Below, in pieces: positions 18,076 to 28,420 of a stretch of 64,000 nt of DNA. The notes beneath the pieces are model-generated. The model saw only the letters and a program-made list of their open reading frames with translations. It was not told where the DNA came from and made no database searches. The stretch's first letter is position 1. Every line of letters begins with the position of its first letter. Origin of the DNA: an uncultured Verrucomicrobiae bacterium. GTDB lineage: Bacteria; Verrucomicrobiota; Verrucomicrobiia; Limisphaerales; UBA11358. The DNA lies in the NCBI GenBank assembly GCA_963764175.1, contig CAVXRE010000004.1, forward strand, positions 7,184-71,183, written 5' to 3'. A program made the position numbers and the translations under genes.

Positions 18076-21000
18076 TCAATGCTTCGAGTTGAGAACTTCG
18101 TGCAGCGTATTGAGCATGGTTTCAGCTGAGTAAGGTTTGGGAACGAAATGTTTGATCCCGGCGTTCATGGCCTTGGCCACACCACCTTCCGAGGTCATGC
18201 CGCTTGAGCCAACGATTTTGATTTCCGGGTTGATGGATCTGAGCGCGGTGATTGTAGCCAGGCCATCCATGTTCGGCATGACCATGTCGGTGATGACCAC
18301 GTCAATTTCGTTCCGGCGGAGCTTGTAGATGGAAAGGGCCTCAACACCGTCCGATGCGAGCAGGACATGGTAGCCATAACGCTCCAAAGCCCGTTGCGCG
18401 AGTTTGCGGATGGGTTCTTCATCATCCACGACCAGCACCCCTTCGTTGTGGCCGCGCGGCAGTTTTTTTTCTCCAGTTGACGCTTTTTCCGGGCCTGCCT
18501 GCGTTGTGTTGGCCGGAAGATAGACTTTGAATGAGCTGCCCTTGCCGGGATTGCTGTAGCAGTGGATGAAACCGCCGTGACTCTTGACGATGGCCAGGGT
18601 GGTGGACAAGCCCAGACCGGTGCCCTTGCCCGGTTCCTTAGTGGTAAAGAAAGGGTCAAAGATTTTTTCCTGTATCTCCTTCGGGATGCCCGTGCCGGTG
18701 TCATTTACGGTGATGCACAAGTAGGGGCCTCGCCGGGCTTCAAGATTCATGCTGGCATAAGCTTCATCCAGAGTCACATTTTCGAGTTGCAGTGACAGCT
18801 TGCCGCCTTTGGGCATGGCGTCGCGCGCGTTGATGCAAAGATTCAACAGGACCTGGTGAAGTTGCGTCGGGTCGCCGGTGATGGTCCAGAGGTCGGCCGG
18901 GCTGCGAAGTTCAAATTGCACGGATTTGGGGAAGGTCTCGCTGACGATCTGCTTGATTTCGCGGGCGATGTGTTTGGGCTGGACGACAATACGTTCGCCT
19001 TCCACCCCGCGTCCAAAGGCCAGCACTTGTTTGACCAGGCTTGCGCCGCGATTGACGTTGGCCTCCAGGGATTCGAGCAGCCGTTTCCCGTCGTCGTCAG
19101 TGGTTTTTTCCTTCAACACCTGGACTGAAACGAGGAGGGGTGTCAGCACGTTGTTGAGATCGTGGGCAATGCCGCCGGCCATGGTGCCGAGGCTTTCCAT
19201 GCGTTGCGAACGCAGGAACTGGGACTCGAGTTTCTTCCGTTCGGTGATGTCGGTGTTGATGACGAGCTGGGCCTTGGGATTACCCTGATCGTCGCGGATG
19301 ACATTGCATCTTCCCTGAAGCGTGATGGTTTTGCCGTCCTTGGTTGTTTCCTGCAGTTCACCGGTCCACTCGCCGTGTTCCTTGACGGCCTTTATGGCGG
19401 CTGTGTGTTGCGGTGAAACGACTCCGCCAAGGAACAGGTTCAGCGGAGTCTTGCCAATTGCTTCCGCCGCGCTCCAGCCGTAAATCCGCTCGGCACTTTT
19501 ATTCCAATAAATGAATCGGTCGTTCAAATCCATGACCATGATGGCATCCTGTGCCTTGTCCAGCAACGCGGCCTGTTCGCTAACATGTTCTTCGGCCCGC
19601 TTGAGTTCGCTGATGTCATGCCCGATCCCCACCAGACCGCTGATGCGTCCCTGGCTGTCCCGGAAAGGCAATTTGCTGGTCAACACCGTGTGCTCCTTGC
19701 CATCTGCAAAAACACAAATGCTTTTGCGTCCGATGAGCGGCTCCCCGGAAAAAACCTTCAACTCCTCGGCGCGGAACTCGGCGGCCAGACCGGGCGGGAA
19801 GAAATCTTTGTCGGTCAGGCCGAGAATCTGGGAGGAATCCGTTTTGCCCAATTGTTTCGCAAGGGCTTCGTTGGCCACCAGAAAACGGCTGTCCAAGTCT
19901 TTGATATAAAAAGTTTCCGGCAGCAGATCGATCAATGTGCGGAGCAACCGGCGTTCGTGGGCAATGGTTTCCTCGGCCTGCTTGCGCTCGGTGATGTCGA
20001 ACTGGATCCCCTGTGTGCCAATAATCTTTCCGTCGGAACCAATTACCGGAAATTTCATGACGTGCAGGAGCCGCTTCCGGCCGCCGGCATCAACGTGCTC
20101 TTCAATCAACTCAATGGGTCTGCCGGTCCGCATGATCTGTTCATGATGTTTCATGCCCGTGGCGGCATATTTGGTTGCCGGTCCCGTCGCGCCCTGTTTC
20201 GCGATTTGGACAGCGGCAACTTCCTGGGGTGTCTTGCCCAAAAATTCCTCCTCCTTCATGCCTTTGGTCTGGCAGAAGAAGGGATTGGCCAGAACATAGC
20301 GGCCTTCATGGTCCTTTCGAAAAACCCCGATGGGCAGCTGTTCCACGAGTGAATGATAAAGCGCCTGTGATTCGCGCACCGACTCTTCCGCCAGCTTGCG
20401 TTCCGTGATGTCGCTGCCAATACCCACCAGCCCGGTGATTTTTCCATTCTGATCGCGGAACGGCAGCTTGCTGGTCAACAGCCAGCGTTTTTCGCCCGCG
20501 TCGTTCAGGAAATACTCCTCCCGGTTGATGACCGGCTGGCCCTGGATCACCTTCTGGTCGTCGGCCCAGAATTTTTCGGCGATGTCCCGCGGGAAAAAAT
20601 CGAAGTCTGTTTTGCCGATGGCCTCGGCCTCGGTTTTGCAGTGGAGATTTTTCAGGTCGGCCGGATTGGCCAGGATTTTCCGGCCGCTGGCATCCTTGGC
20701 ATAAATGCAGTCCGGCAGGTTGTCAACCAGCGTGCGCAGGAGGGAGCGTTCCCGGGCCAGGGCCTCGTCAGCCAGCTTGCGCTGGCTGATGTCGTTAAAG
20801 AGGAGGAACAGATGCGGCTCATTGCCGCGGGCGAAGAAATTGAGCTGGCAGTCGAGCCATTCCTCTTTTCCAAACGTGCTGGTAAAATGAAATTCTCCGT
20901 GTCCCGGTTTTCCGGCCAGAGTTTCCTCCGCCATCTGGAGCATTCCGGAAACACGCCATGACTCGATCTGTTTGAAATTCTGCTTCAAAAGTTCCGGCAC

Positions 21001-21450
21001 CGTGGTATTGAGAATCCGGGCGGCGGCTTCGTTGGCGAGTTCGCACTGTCCGGATGCCTTGTAAACCAGTATGCCCGCCATCGCGTCCGAAATGATTTTC
21101 TGGTTGAAATCGAGCGCCTCCGCCAATTGTTCTTCAACCCGCTTGCGTTGAGAAATTAGAATAGCCATCAGCCACAGCACGCCAATACCCACCAGGCGGC
21201 TTATGAATGCCAGATGAGGATCAATGCCCGCCGGCGAAAGATAGAATCCGGCGATCGTCAGCAGCGACAAAACGGTGGCGAGCGCATAGGAAAAAAAGCG
21301 GTCGCCGACATAAATGGATAAAAACAGCGGAATAAAATACCAAACACAGTCGGCGACGCCCAACGGAGTGAAAGAATCCAAGACTATTGCCCCTACGGTA
21401 AGCAGTACGATTACCGCAAAAAAAACCGATTTTTTTTGCTTCGAGGCCAT
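18076..21450 (-). CDS. Hybrid sensor histidine kinase (TM, about 5 PAS, HisKA, HATPase, REC)
   Basis: N-terminal TMs, repeated PAS-PAC ends [39 protein letters not shown] receiver. Confidence 0.93.
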   Translation of the reverse strand: MASKQKKSVFFAVIVLLTVGAIVLDSFTPLGVADCVWYFIPLFLSIYVGDRFFSYALATVLSLLTIAGFYLSPAGIDPHLAFISRLVGIGVLWLMAILISQRKRVEEQLAEALDFNQKIISDAMAGILVYKASGQCELANEAAARILNTTVPELLKQNFKQIESWRVSGMLQMAEETLAGKPGHGEFHFTSTFGKEEWLDCQLNFFARGNEPHLFLLFNDISQRKLADEALARERSLLRTLVDNLPDCIYAKDASGRKILANPADLKNLHCKTEAEAIGKTDFDFFPRDIAEKFWADDQKVIQGQPVINREEYFLNDAGEKRWLLTSKLPFRDQNGKITGLVGIGSDITERKLAEESVRESQALYHSLVEQLPIGVFRKDHEGRYVLANPFFCQTKGMKEEEFLGKTPQEVAAVQIAKQGATGPATKYAATGMKHHEQIMRTGRPIELIEEHVDAGGRKRLLHVMKFPVIGSDGKIIGTQGIQFDITERKQAEETIAHERRLLRTLIDLLPETFYIKDLDSRFLVANEALAKQLGKTDSSQILGLTDKDFFPPGLAAEFRAEELKVFSGEPLIGRKSICVFADGKEHTVLTSKLPFRDSQGRISGLVGIGHDISELKRAEEHVSEQAALLDKAQDAIMVMDLNDRFIYWNKSAERIYGWSAAEAIGKTPLNLFLGGVVSPQHTAAIKAVKEHGEWTGELQETTKDGKTITLQGRCNVIRDDQGNPKAQLVINTDITERKKLESQFLRSQRMESLGTMAGGIAHDLNNVLTPLLVSVQVLKEKTTDDDGKRLLESLEANVNRGASLVKQVLAFGRGVEGERIVVQPKHIAREIKQIVSETFPKSVQFELRSPADLWTITGDPTQLHQVLLNLCINARDAMPKGGKLSLQLENVTLDEAYASMNLEARRGPYLCITVNDTGTGIPKEIQEKIFDPFFTTKEPGKGTGLGLSTTLAIVKSHGGFIHCYSNPGKGSSFKVYLPANTTQAGPEKASTGEKKLPRGHNEGVLVVDDEEPIRKLAQRALERYGYHVLLASDGVEALSIYKLRRNEIDVVITDMVMPNMDGLATITALRSINPEIKIVGSSGMTSEGGVAKAMNAGIKHFVPKPYSAETMLNTLHEVLNSKH

Positions 21451-21879
21451 AACTACACCATAACCACCCAGTATTAAACCATAAGTTAAGTAGCATTTGA
21501 AATGCCTAAATGGATAATTATTTGTCGTGTTAAAACGTTTATAATCAGTTAGTTACATGATTTCGGTGCCTGTAATCGTGCTTTTGGGCCTTTTGGCCAA
21601 TTTTGCATTAGCTTTTGTGCCCGAATGCATTGGGCAAATTTCAGCGCCAGTCACGCCCGGCTATTTCCAGCAAAATTGCTCAACCAGACGTTAGAATCGA
21701 AGAAGTCAGCATAATCAGTTTGAATGGAATGGCCGCTTCGAGATTTTCTTCCAACATGCCTCCGTTCATTTGCTGGAAGCCGCTCGAAGCCGGTCAAAAA
21801 CGAGACGTCCGAACGAACGCAACCGATAACACTTGCCAATTCCGTTAATTTGCCTAAAGTAACCGACCACTTTTCAATT

Positions 21880-22239
21880 ATGCATTTAAATGGTTTGAAC
21901 GTGTTGCTGGCGCAGGCGCCTGCCTCGACTTCCGCGCAGCCGCCACAGCCGGTGGGTTTGCAGTCACTCTTTGCCAGTCCCATCATGCTGCTGGTTTTGA
22001 TGGGGATAATGATGTATTTTCTCCTGTTCCGCCCGCAGCAGCAACGCGCGAAGCAGCAGGCCAAAATGCTTGCCAACCTCAAATCCGGCGACAAGGTGGT
22101 CACCTCCAGCGGCATCATCGGAGTCGTTATCACGGTTAAAGACAAAACCGTTTCGCTCCGTTCCGCCGACGCCAAAATGGAAATCACCAAATCTTCCGTG
22201 ACGGAGATTCTCGAAAGCAGCGACACCCCCGCATCCTGA
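21880..22239 (+). CDS. yajC: Preprotein translocase subunit YajC
   Basis: MYFLLFRPQQQR, LKSGDKVVTSSGIIG; directly upstream of secDF. Confidence 0.92.
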   Translation: MHLNGLNVLLAQAPASTSAQPPQPVGLQSLFASPIMLLVLMGIMMYFLLFRPQQQRAKQQAKMLANLKSGDKVVTSSGIIGVVITVKDKTVSLRSADAKMEITKSSVTEILESSDTPAS

Positions 22240-22245
22240 CCCGCC

Positions 22246-24783
22246 ATGAGAAGAAACAATTTCGGGAGATTCATCCTCGTCGTTGCCATCATCGTCTGGG
22301 CGCTGATTTCAATTTATCCGCCATCCTCGCGCGATCTGCTTCGGGAATTCGACCGGCGCGCGGAAAACAAGGATGCCGTGTTCACGAACATCCTGACGGG
22401 CGCTGAACTGCTTCAAAAAGCCGGGACGAACACCGAGTTCGCGTCATTGCAGGCCGCCTCCGCCACGAACGATCTCCAGCCTTATTTCCCGTTCATCAGC
22501 GCCAAGGAGCAGCTCTACCCGAACATCTTCATCTTGAACCAGCTCCAGCGCGATGCTTCGGGCCGGATCAAGCTCGGCCTCGATTTGCAGGGTGGCACGT
22601 CCTTCCTCGTTGAGATGGACACGAACGTTCTTTACGCGGACACCAACAACGTGAGGTCGCAGTCGGATTTGACGAGCGCGGCGCTGTCACAGGCGGTGGA
22701 GGTGCTGCGCAAACGCATCGACCGTTTCGGCGTGGCCGAACCGGTCATCCAATCCGCCGGCGGCAACAAAATTCTCATTCAATTGCCGGGCCTGTCGCCC
22801 GCCGACAAGGAAAGCGCCAAAATACAAATTCAAAGAACCGCGTATCTCGAATTCCGGATGGTGAGGGATGACAGTGATGAAATCATCGCAAATCATGAGC
22901 CGATTCCGCCGGGATACGTATTGCTCAAGCACATCGAACCTCAACCCGGCGGCGCGCAGCCGAAAGTGGAGCAGGTCATCGTGAACAAGAAGCCGGTGAA
23001 CGGACTGGCTGGCGACATCGTTAAAAGCTCAATGGTTGTGCGCGGCAACCTAGGTGAACCGCAGATTGATTTCACGCTGACCGACGATGGCGCGACGAAA
23101 TTCGCCAAGACCACGCGGGATTATGTTGGCCACAGGATGGCGATTGTCTTGGACGGTGAGCTTTATTCCGCACCCAACATCAACCAGCCGATTGAAGGTG
23201 GCAACGGCCAGATTACCGGAACCTTCACCATCGAAGAGGCGCAGGAACTGGCGAACGTCCTGCAAAATCCGCTGCGGGCGCCGCTGAAGATCATCTATGC
23301 CAGCGACGTTGACCCGACGCTCGGTAAGGATTCCATTCGGAGCGGCATCCACGCATCCATCTACGGTGTCATTTTTGTGTCCGCCTTCATGCTGGTTTAT
23401 TACCTCATTGGCGGGCTGGCGGCGAATGTCGCGCTCATCACCAACATCATCATCCTGCTCGGTGTCATGTGTTCAATCGGCGCGACGTTCACATTGCCGG
23501 GCATCGCGGGTGGCGTGCTGACCGTCGGCATGGCGGTGGACGCCAACGTGTTGATTTACGAGCGCATTCGCGAGGAGCTTGCCAAGGGCAAGTCGCTGCG
23601 CGGCGCGATTGATGCCGGCTATGCCCGTGCGTTCGGCACCATTTTTGACTCGCACGTCACCACATTGATTTCATCCATCATTTTGATTTTCATGGGCACC
23701 GGAGAAATCAAGGGATTCGGTGTCACGCTCACTATTGGTGTGGCGGCGAGCCTGTTCACCGCGCTGGTCGTGACGCGACTGATTTTCAACTGGCTGCAAG
23801 ACCGCAACTGGTTGAAATCGCTCCCGATGCTTCACATTATCCGGACTGCGAAGATCAACTTTATGAAGGCGGCGACGCCGTTGTCCATCATCACCTGGGT
23901 ATTTGTCGTGTTGTCGCTCGGTTACGGTTTTACCGAACGTGGCACAAAGCTGCTTGGCGTGGATTTCCTGGGTGGTGACAGCACGACCTTCAGCTTTGTC
24001 CAAAAAGTCGGTGTGGATCAAATCCGTTCCGCGATTACTGCCACCGGCGAGAAGGACGCGCAAATTCAATACCAAAGGGATGTCAGCGGCGGCACGGAAA
24101 CGCTGCGCGTGACAACTTCCAGCGGTTCGGAGCAAAAGATTGAACAGGCGCTAGCGCAGAATTTTCAGCAGGCCCGGTTCAGGGCCATCGGCCGCCAGCA
24201 GGTCGGCGCGACCGTGGGCAGGGAAATCCAGCGTTCAGCCATCGTCGCCTGCCTCTTGTCCATGTTCGGCATTTTGATTTACGTCGCGTTCCGTTACGAA
24301 TTTTCCTTTGCCGTCGGCGCGATTGTCGGAGTGGTCCACGATGTCCTTCTGGCCATCGGTTGTTACTGCATTGCCAATGCTGTTTCAGGCCGCGAATTCA
24401 ACCAGACCGTTATTGCCGCCGTGCTGACCATCATCGGCTTTTCGCTCAACGACAAGGTCGTCATCTTCGATCGTATCCGGGAAAATTTGAAACTGGGCGT
24501 GCGCGGCACGTTCCGCGAAGTCATCAACCAGGCGCTGAACCAGACGTTGAGCCGCACCATTATCACCAGCGGAACGGTGTTGATTGCCACGCTCTGCCTG
24601 TTCATCTGGGGCGGTGGCGTCATCAACGACTTCGCCTTCACCTTTCTCATCGGCATCATCACCGGCACGTATTCGAGCATCTTCATTTCCAGCGCGTTCG
24701 TGTTGTGGTGGCACAAGGGCGAGCGCCCGGCCATCGGCGCGTCGCAGGTGACGATCCAAGATATCGCGACGGCAAAGACCTAA
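22246..24783 (+). CDS. secDF: Fused protein translocase SecDF
   Basis: LGLDLQGG, GMAVDANVLIYERIREE, GVDFLGG, GFSLNDKVVIFDRIRE. Confidence 0.95.
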   Translation: MRRNNFGRFILVVAIIVWALISIYPPSSRDLLREFDRRAENKDAVFTNILTGAELLQKAGTNTEFASLQAASATNDLQPYFPFISAKEQLYPNIFILNQLQRDASGRIKLGLDLQGGTSFLVEMDTNVLYADTNNVRSQSDLTSAALSQAVEVLRKRIDRFGVAEPVIQSAGGNKILIQLPGLSPADKESAKIQIQRTAYLEFRMVRDDSDEIIANHEPIPPGYVLLKHIEPQPGGAQPKVEQVIVNKKPVNGLAGDIVKSSMVVRGNLGEPQIDFTLTDDGATKFAKTTRDYVGHRMAIVLDGELYSAPNINQPIEGGNGQITGTFTIEEAQELANVLQNPLRAPLKIIYASDVDPTLGKDSIRSGIHASIYGVIFVSAFMLVYYLIGGLAANVALITNIIILLGVMCSIGATFTLPGIAGGVLTVGMAVDANVLIYERIREELAKGKSLRGAIDAGYARAFGTIFDSHVTTLISSIILIFMGTGEIKGFGVTLTIGVAASLFTALVVTRLIFNWLQDRNWLKSLPMLHIIRTAKINFMKAATPLSIITWVFVVLSLGYGFTERGTKLLGVDFLGGDSTTFSFVQKVGVDQIRSAITATGEKDAQIQYQRDVSGGTETLRVTTSSGSEQKIEQALAQNFQQARFRAIGRQQVGATVGREIQRSAIVACLLSMFGILIYVAFRYEFSFAVGAIVGVVHDVLLAIGCYCIANAVSGREFNQTVIAAVLTIIGFSLNDKVVIFDRIRENLKLGVRGTFREVINQALNQTLSRTIITSGTVLIATLCLFIWGGGVINDFAFTFLIGIITGTYSSIFISSAFVLWWHKGERPAIGASQVTIQDIATAKT

Positions 24784-24785
24784 AG

Positions 24786-24862
24786 CATTTGCGATTTGCG
24801 ATTTGCGATGGACGAATCCATTTGCAGTTGGTGCGAAAATCGTAAATCGTGAATCGTAAATG
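24786..24862 (+). repeat. Empty inverted heptamer hairpin between secDF and terC
   Basis: 24786-24809 pairs with 24839-24862: 20 Watson-Crick and 4 G.U pairs, no mismatch, includes the terC ATG. Confidence 0.88.
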
Positions 24863-25816
24863 ACGGAAATTGCACCCTGGCACTGGATTGGTTTCATCGT
24901 CTGCGTGCTGTTCTTTCTGGCGCTGGACCTCGGTCTGTTCCACCGGCGCGAGCGTGTCCTCAATTTCAAGGAAGCACTGGCGTGGAGCACGGTTTGGATT
25001 GCGCTGTCGCTCCTGTTTGCCTGCGCATTGGTTCACTGGCACGGACGCGAGGAGGCGGTTGAATTTGTCACGGGCTACGTCATCGAATTCTCCTTGTCGC
25101 TGGACAACATCTTTGTCATGGCGCTTCTCTTTGCCTATTTCCGAGTGCCGGAGGAAGCCCGGCATCGCCTGCTTTTTTGGGGCATTCTCGGCGCTCTTGT
25201 CATGCGCGGTGCGATGATTGCGCTCGGCGTGACACTCATCCAGAGTTACAACTGGATCCTTTACGTCCTCGGAGTCTTCCTCGTTTTCACCGGCGGCAGG
25301 ATGCTTTTCACCGGTAATGAAAAGGCGCAGCCTGATAACAACTTCGCCATCCGCCTCGCGCGCAGGTTTTTCCCGGCAGCCAGCAACGCCGGCGGCCAAA
25401 TTGACGCGACTTCCCAAAGTGAAATCAACCGGCTCCCGCCCGCGCCGCTGCTGCTGGTGCTGGCGCTGGTGGAAATCACCGACCTGATTTTTGCGACGGA
25501 TTCGATTCCGGCGGTCTTTGCCGTGACGACCAAGCCGTTCATTGTCTTCACTTCAAACGTCTTTGCCATTCTCGGCCTGCGCTCGCTCTATTTTGTGCTG
25601 GTGGGCGCCATCAATTATTTCCGCCATTTGAAAACCGGCCTCTCCGTCGTGCTGGTGTTCGTCGGCGTGAAAATGCTGCTCGACCCGCACGGTCAGGAAA
25701 TGAAATGGTTCCAAATCGAAATTCCCACGAGCGTTTCGCTGCTCGTCGTGGCCGGAATCTTTTTGATTTCCATCGCGCTTTCCGTCACCGCGGCACGGCG
25801 CGAGAAGAGAAAATGA
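24860..25816 (+). CDS. TerC/Alx family membrane protein
   Basis: SLSLDNIFV, GILGALVMRG, DLIFATDSIPA, SNVFAILGLRSLYF. Confidence 0.92.
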   Translation: MTEIAPWHWIGFIVCVLFFLALDLGLFHRRERVLNFKEALAWSTVWIALSLLFACALVHWHGREEAVEFVTGYVIEFSLSLDNIFVMALLFAYFRVPEEARHRLLFWGILGALVMRGAMIALGVTLIQSYNWILYVLGVFLVFTGGRMLFTGNEKAQPDNNFAIRLARRFFPAASNAGGQIDATSQSEINRLPPAPLLLVLALVEITDLIFATDSIPAVFAVTTKPFIVFTSNVFAILGLRSLYFVLVGAINYFRHLKTGLSVVLVFVGVKMLLDPHGQEMKWFQIEIPTSVSLLVVAGIFLISIALSVTAARREKRK

Positions 25817-25915
25817 ACCGCAGGCTGCCCGGATTTCAAGGATCGGTTTCTGATTTTCAAAGGTGATTCATTTTTCCTTTTTAATCTGCGTTTTCCACGT
25901 AATCTGCCGTCGAAA

Positions 25916-27679
25916 ATGAAATTTCGCTGGTCGCTAGCACCGCCGCAACCATTGCTTGCGGGCCAATTGGCGCTGCAACTCCAAATTTCGCCCCTGCTTG
26001 CCCAATGCCTGCTCAATCGCGGTTTCAGCAAACCATCCGCAATCTCGAATTTTCTACAGCCACGCCTGAAAAATCTCGCCGACCCGTTTTTGCTGCCGGA
26101 CATGGCCGCCGCCGTTGACCGGCTCCTGCTCGCACGCGAACGGAGCGAGCCGCTCATGATCTTCGGCGATTACGACGTGGACGGCGTCACGTCCACCGCG
26201 CTGCTCCTTGAAGTCATGCGTTCGCTTGGCTGGCGGGTGGATTTCTACCTGCCTCATCGCATGGATGAGGGCTACGGCCTCAGCCAGGACGCCGTTGAAA
26301 ACTGCCTCAACAAATTTCCTCCTTCGCAAAATTCCGGTGCGAAAAATCTGCCCCGGCTTCTGCTGGCCGTGGATTGTGGTTCGACGGCCGTTGAAACCAT
26401 CCGCTGGCTGGGCGAACGCGGCGTTGACGTCATCGTACTCGACCATCACCAAGTTTCCAATCCGGCGCCCGAAGCGGTCGCGCTCGTGAATCCGCAACGC
26501 TCGGCTCTCAATCCTCAACCCTCAACTGCTTTCACCGAATTATGTTCCGCCGGCCTCGCCTTCAAGCTGGCGCACGCCTTGATCAAGCGCGGGCGCCAAA
26601 CCGATCTGCCCGGCGCCGCTGAATTTGATTTGAAGCCGCTGCTTGATCTGGTCGCGCTGGGCACAATTGCCGATCTCGTGCCGCTCACCGGCGAAAATCG
26701 CATCCTCGTTTCCGCCGGTCTGGAACGATTGAACAAAACCCGGCGGCCCGGCCTCGTTGCTCTAAAGAAAGCCGCCGAAACGCCCGCGACCATCGGCACG
26801 TACGAAGTCGGCTACCAGCTTGCGCCGCGGCTGAATGCCGCCGGCCGGCTCGAAACCGCCGGGGAATCGCTCCGGCTTTTGCTGGCGGACAATCTGGCGG
26901 ATGCCGTGCCGCTGGCGCAAAAACTCGACGCGCACAACCGCGAACGGCAAAAAATCGAGCGCGGCATCGTCGAACAAGTCACCGGCGCGGTCCGGTCAAA
27001 ATTCAATCCGCAGACGGATTTCGTCATCGTCGAAGGCCAGTTGCTCTGGCACATCGGCGTGGTCGGCATCGTGGCTTCGCGCGTGTTGCAGGAATTTTAC
27101 CGCCCGACCATCATCATCGGCGGTGAAGGCGGCGAATGGCGGGGGTCGGGCCGCAGCATTGCCGGTTTCGATCTGGCTGCCGCGCTGCGGGATTGCGATG
27201 ATTTGCTCGTGCGGCACGGCGGACACGCGATGGCGGCGGGCTTGAGCATCCAGCCGGACAAAATTGATTTGCTGCGGCAGCGCCTGAACGGGCTGGCGCG
27301 CCGCGCGTTGAAGCCGGAGGATTTGCAACCGCCGCTGTGCCTCGACGCGGAGGTCGGGCTGGATGAAATCACCCTGGAATCGCTCGGCAAACTGGCGCAC
27401 CTGAAGCCGACCGGGCAGGGGAATCCGCCGGTGCAATTTTGTGCGCGCAACCTCGCCCACCAGTGCCCGCTCCAGCGCATCGGCTCGGACAGGCAGCACG
27501 TGAAAATGTGGGTGACGGATGGCGTCGGCACGCTCGAAGCGCTTTGGTGGAACGGCGGCAACGCATCGCTGCCCGTCGGGAAATTCGACCTGGCGTTTGC
27601 GCCGCAAATAAACGAATTCAATGGCAAACGAATGGTGCAGTTGAAAGTTTTGGATTGGCAACCGGCCAAAACGCCGTGA
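25916..27679 (+). CDS. recJ: Single-stranded DNA exonuclease RecJ
   Basis: GDYDVDG, VDCG, LDHH, GTIAD, PRLNAAGRL, GSGRS, GGHAMAAG. Confidence 0.96.
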   Translation: MKFRWSLAPPQPLLAGQLALQLQISPLLAQCLLNRGFSKPSAISNFLQPRLKNLADPFLLPDMAAAVDRLLLARERSEPLMIFGDYDVDGVTSTALLLEVMRSLGWRVDFYLPHRMDEGYGLSQDAVENCLNKFPPSQNSGAKNLPRLLLAVDCGSTAVETIRWLGERGVDVIVLDHHQVSNPAPEAVALVNPQRSALNPQPSTAFTELCSAGLAFKLAHALIKRGRQTDLPGAAEFDLKPLLDLVALGTIADLVPLTGENRILVSAGLERLNKTRRPGLVALKKAAETPATIGTYEVGYQLAPRLNAAGRLETAGESLRLLLADNLADAVPLAQKLDAHNRERQKIERGIVEQVTGAVRSKFNPQTDFVIVEGQLLWHIGVVGIVASRVLQEFYRPTIIIGGEGGEWRGSGRSIAGFDLAAALRDCDDLLVRHGGHAMAAGLSIQPDKIDLLRQRLNGLARRALKPEDLQPPLCLDAEVGLDEITLESLGKLAHLKPTGQGNPPVQFCARNLAHQCPLQRIGSDRQHVKMWVTDGVGTLEALWWNGGNASLPVGKFDLAFAPQINEFNGKRMVQLKVLDWQPAKTP

Positions 27680-27690
27680 TTTTATTCCCA

Positions 27691-28374
27691 ATGAACGCCG
27701 CAATCATTGTTGCCGCCGGCAAAGGTTCCCGCATGGGGCCGGAGGTGGACAAACTGTTTCTCGAAGTGGCCGGGCGTCCCGTCGTCGCGCACACATGGCA
27801 GCGCTTCAACGATGCCAGTTGCATTGATGAACTCGTCCTGGTCGTGCGCAAGGGAATGCAACCGGCCTTTGAGGAGCTGGCTGCAAAATTCAAATTCCAA
27901 AAACCGTTCCGCATCGTCGAGGGCGGCGCGGAAAGGCAGGATTCAGTCTGGAACGGACTGGAGGCGTTGTCGGCCGCGGCGGAAATCGTGGCGATTCACG
28001 ACGCGGCGCGGCCTTGCACGAACGAGGAGTTGATTGCCGCAACCATCAAGCGTGCCGGGGAAACCGGCGCGGCCGTCGCCGCCCAGCCGGTCACGGACAC
28101 GATCAAGGAATCCGCCGACGGCCGGTTCGTGAAACGCACGCTCGATCGTTCGCGGCTGTGGTCGGTGCAAACACCGCAGACGTTTCGCGTCGAAGTCATC
28201 CGCCGTGCGTTGACGGAGGCCCGGCGGCGCAAGCGGGTGTTCACCGATGACACGGCGGCGTGCGAATTGATCGGCCAGCCGGTTCGTCTCGTTTCGTGGG
28301 TGGCGCCCAATCCCAAGGTGACCGTGCCCGGCGATCTGCCGTTTGTCGAGTCGCTGTTGCGGGGTCGGGTTTGA
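27691..28374 (+). CDS. ispD: 2-C-methyl-D-erythritol 4-phosphate cytidylyltransferase
   Basis: AAGKGSRMG, GGAERQDSV, IHDAARP, VQTPQ, TDD, KVT. Confidence 0.94.
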   Translation: MNAAIIVAAGKGSRMGPEVDKLFLEVAGRPVVAHTWQRFNDASCIDELVLVVRKGMQPAFEELAAKFKFQKPFRIVEGGAERQDSVWNGLEALSAAAEIVAIHDAARPCTNEELIAATIKRAGETGAAVAAQPVTDTIKESADGRFVKRTLDRSRLWSVQTPQTFRVEVIRRALTEARRRKRVFTDDTAACELIGQPVRLVSWVAPNPKVTVPGDLPFVESLLRGRV

Positions 28375-28420
28375 GTTTTTCTTCGAGTTTGGATTTTTTT
28401 GTGATAACGTGCCGGAGTTT

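Noticed and set aside
21451..21600. AT-rich stretch as an origin or dif site
   Set aside because: No DnaA-box cluster or convincing XerC/XerD arms; most simply a divergent promoter region
25817..25915. Possible degenerate 9-10-mer inverted array between terC and recJ
   Set aside because: Pairing too weak to distinguish from chance by eye
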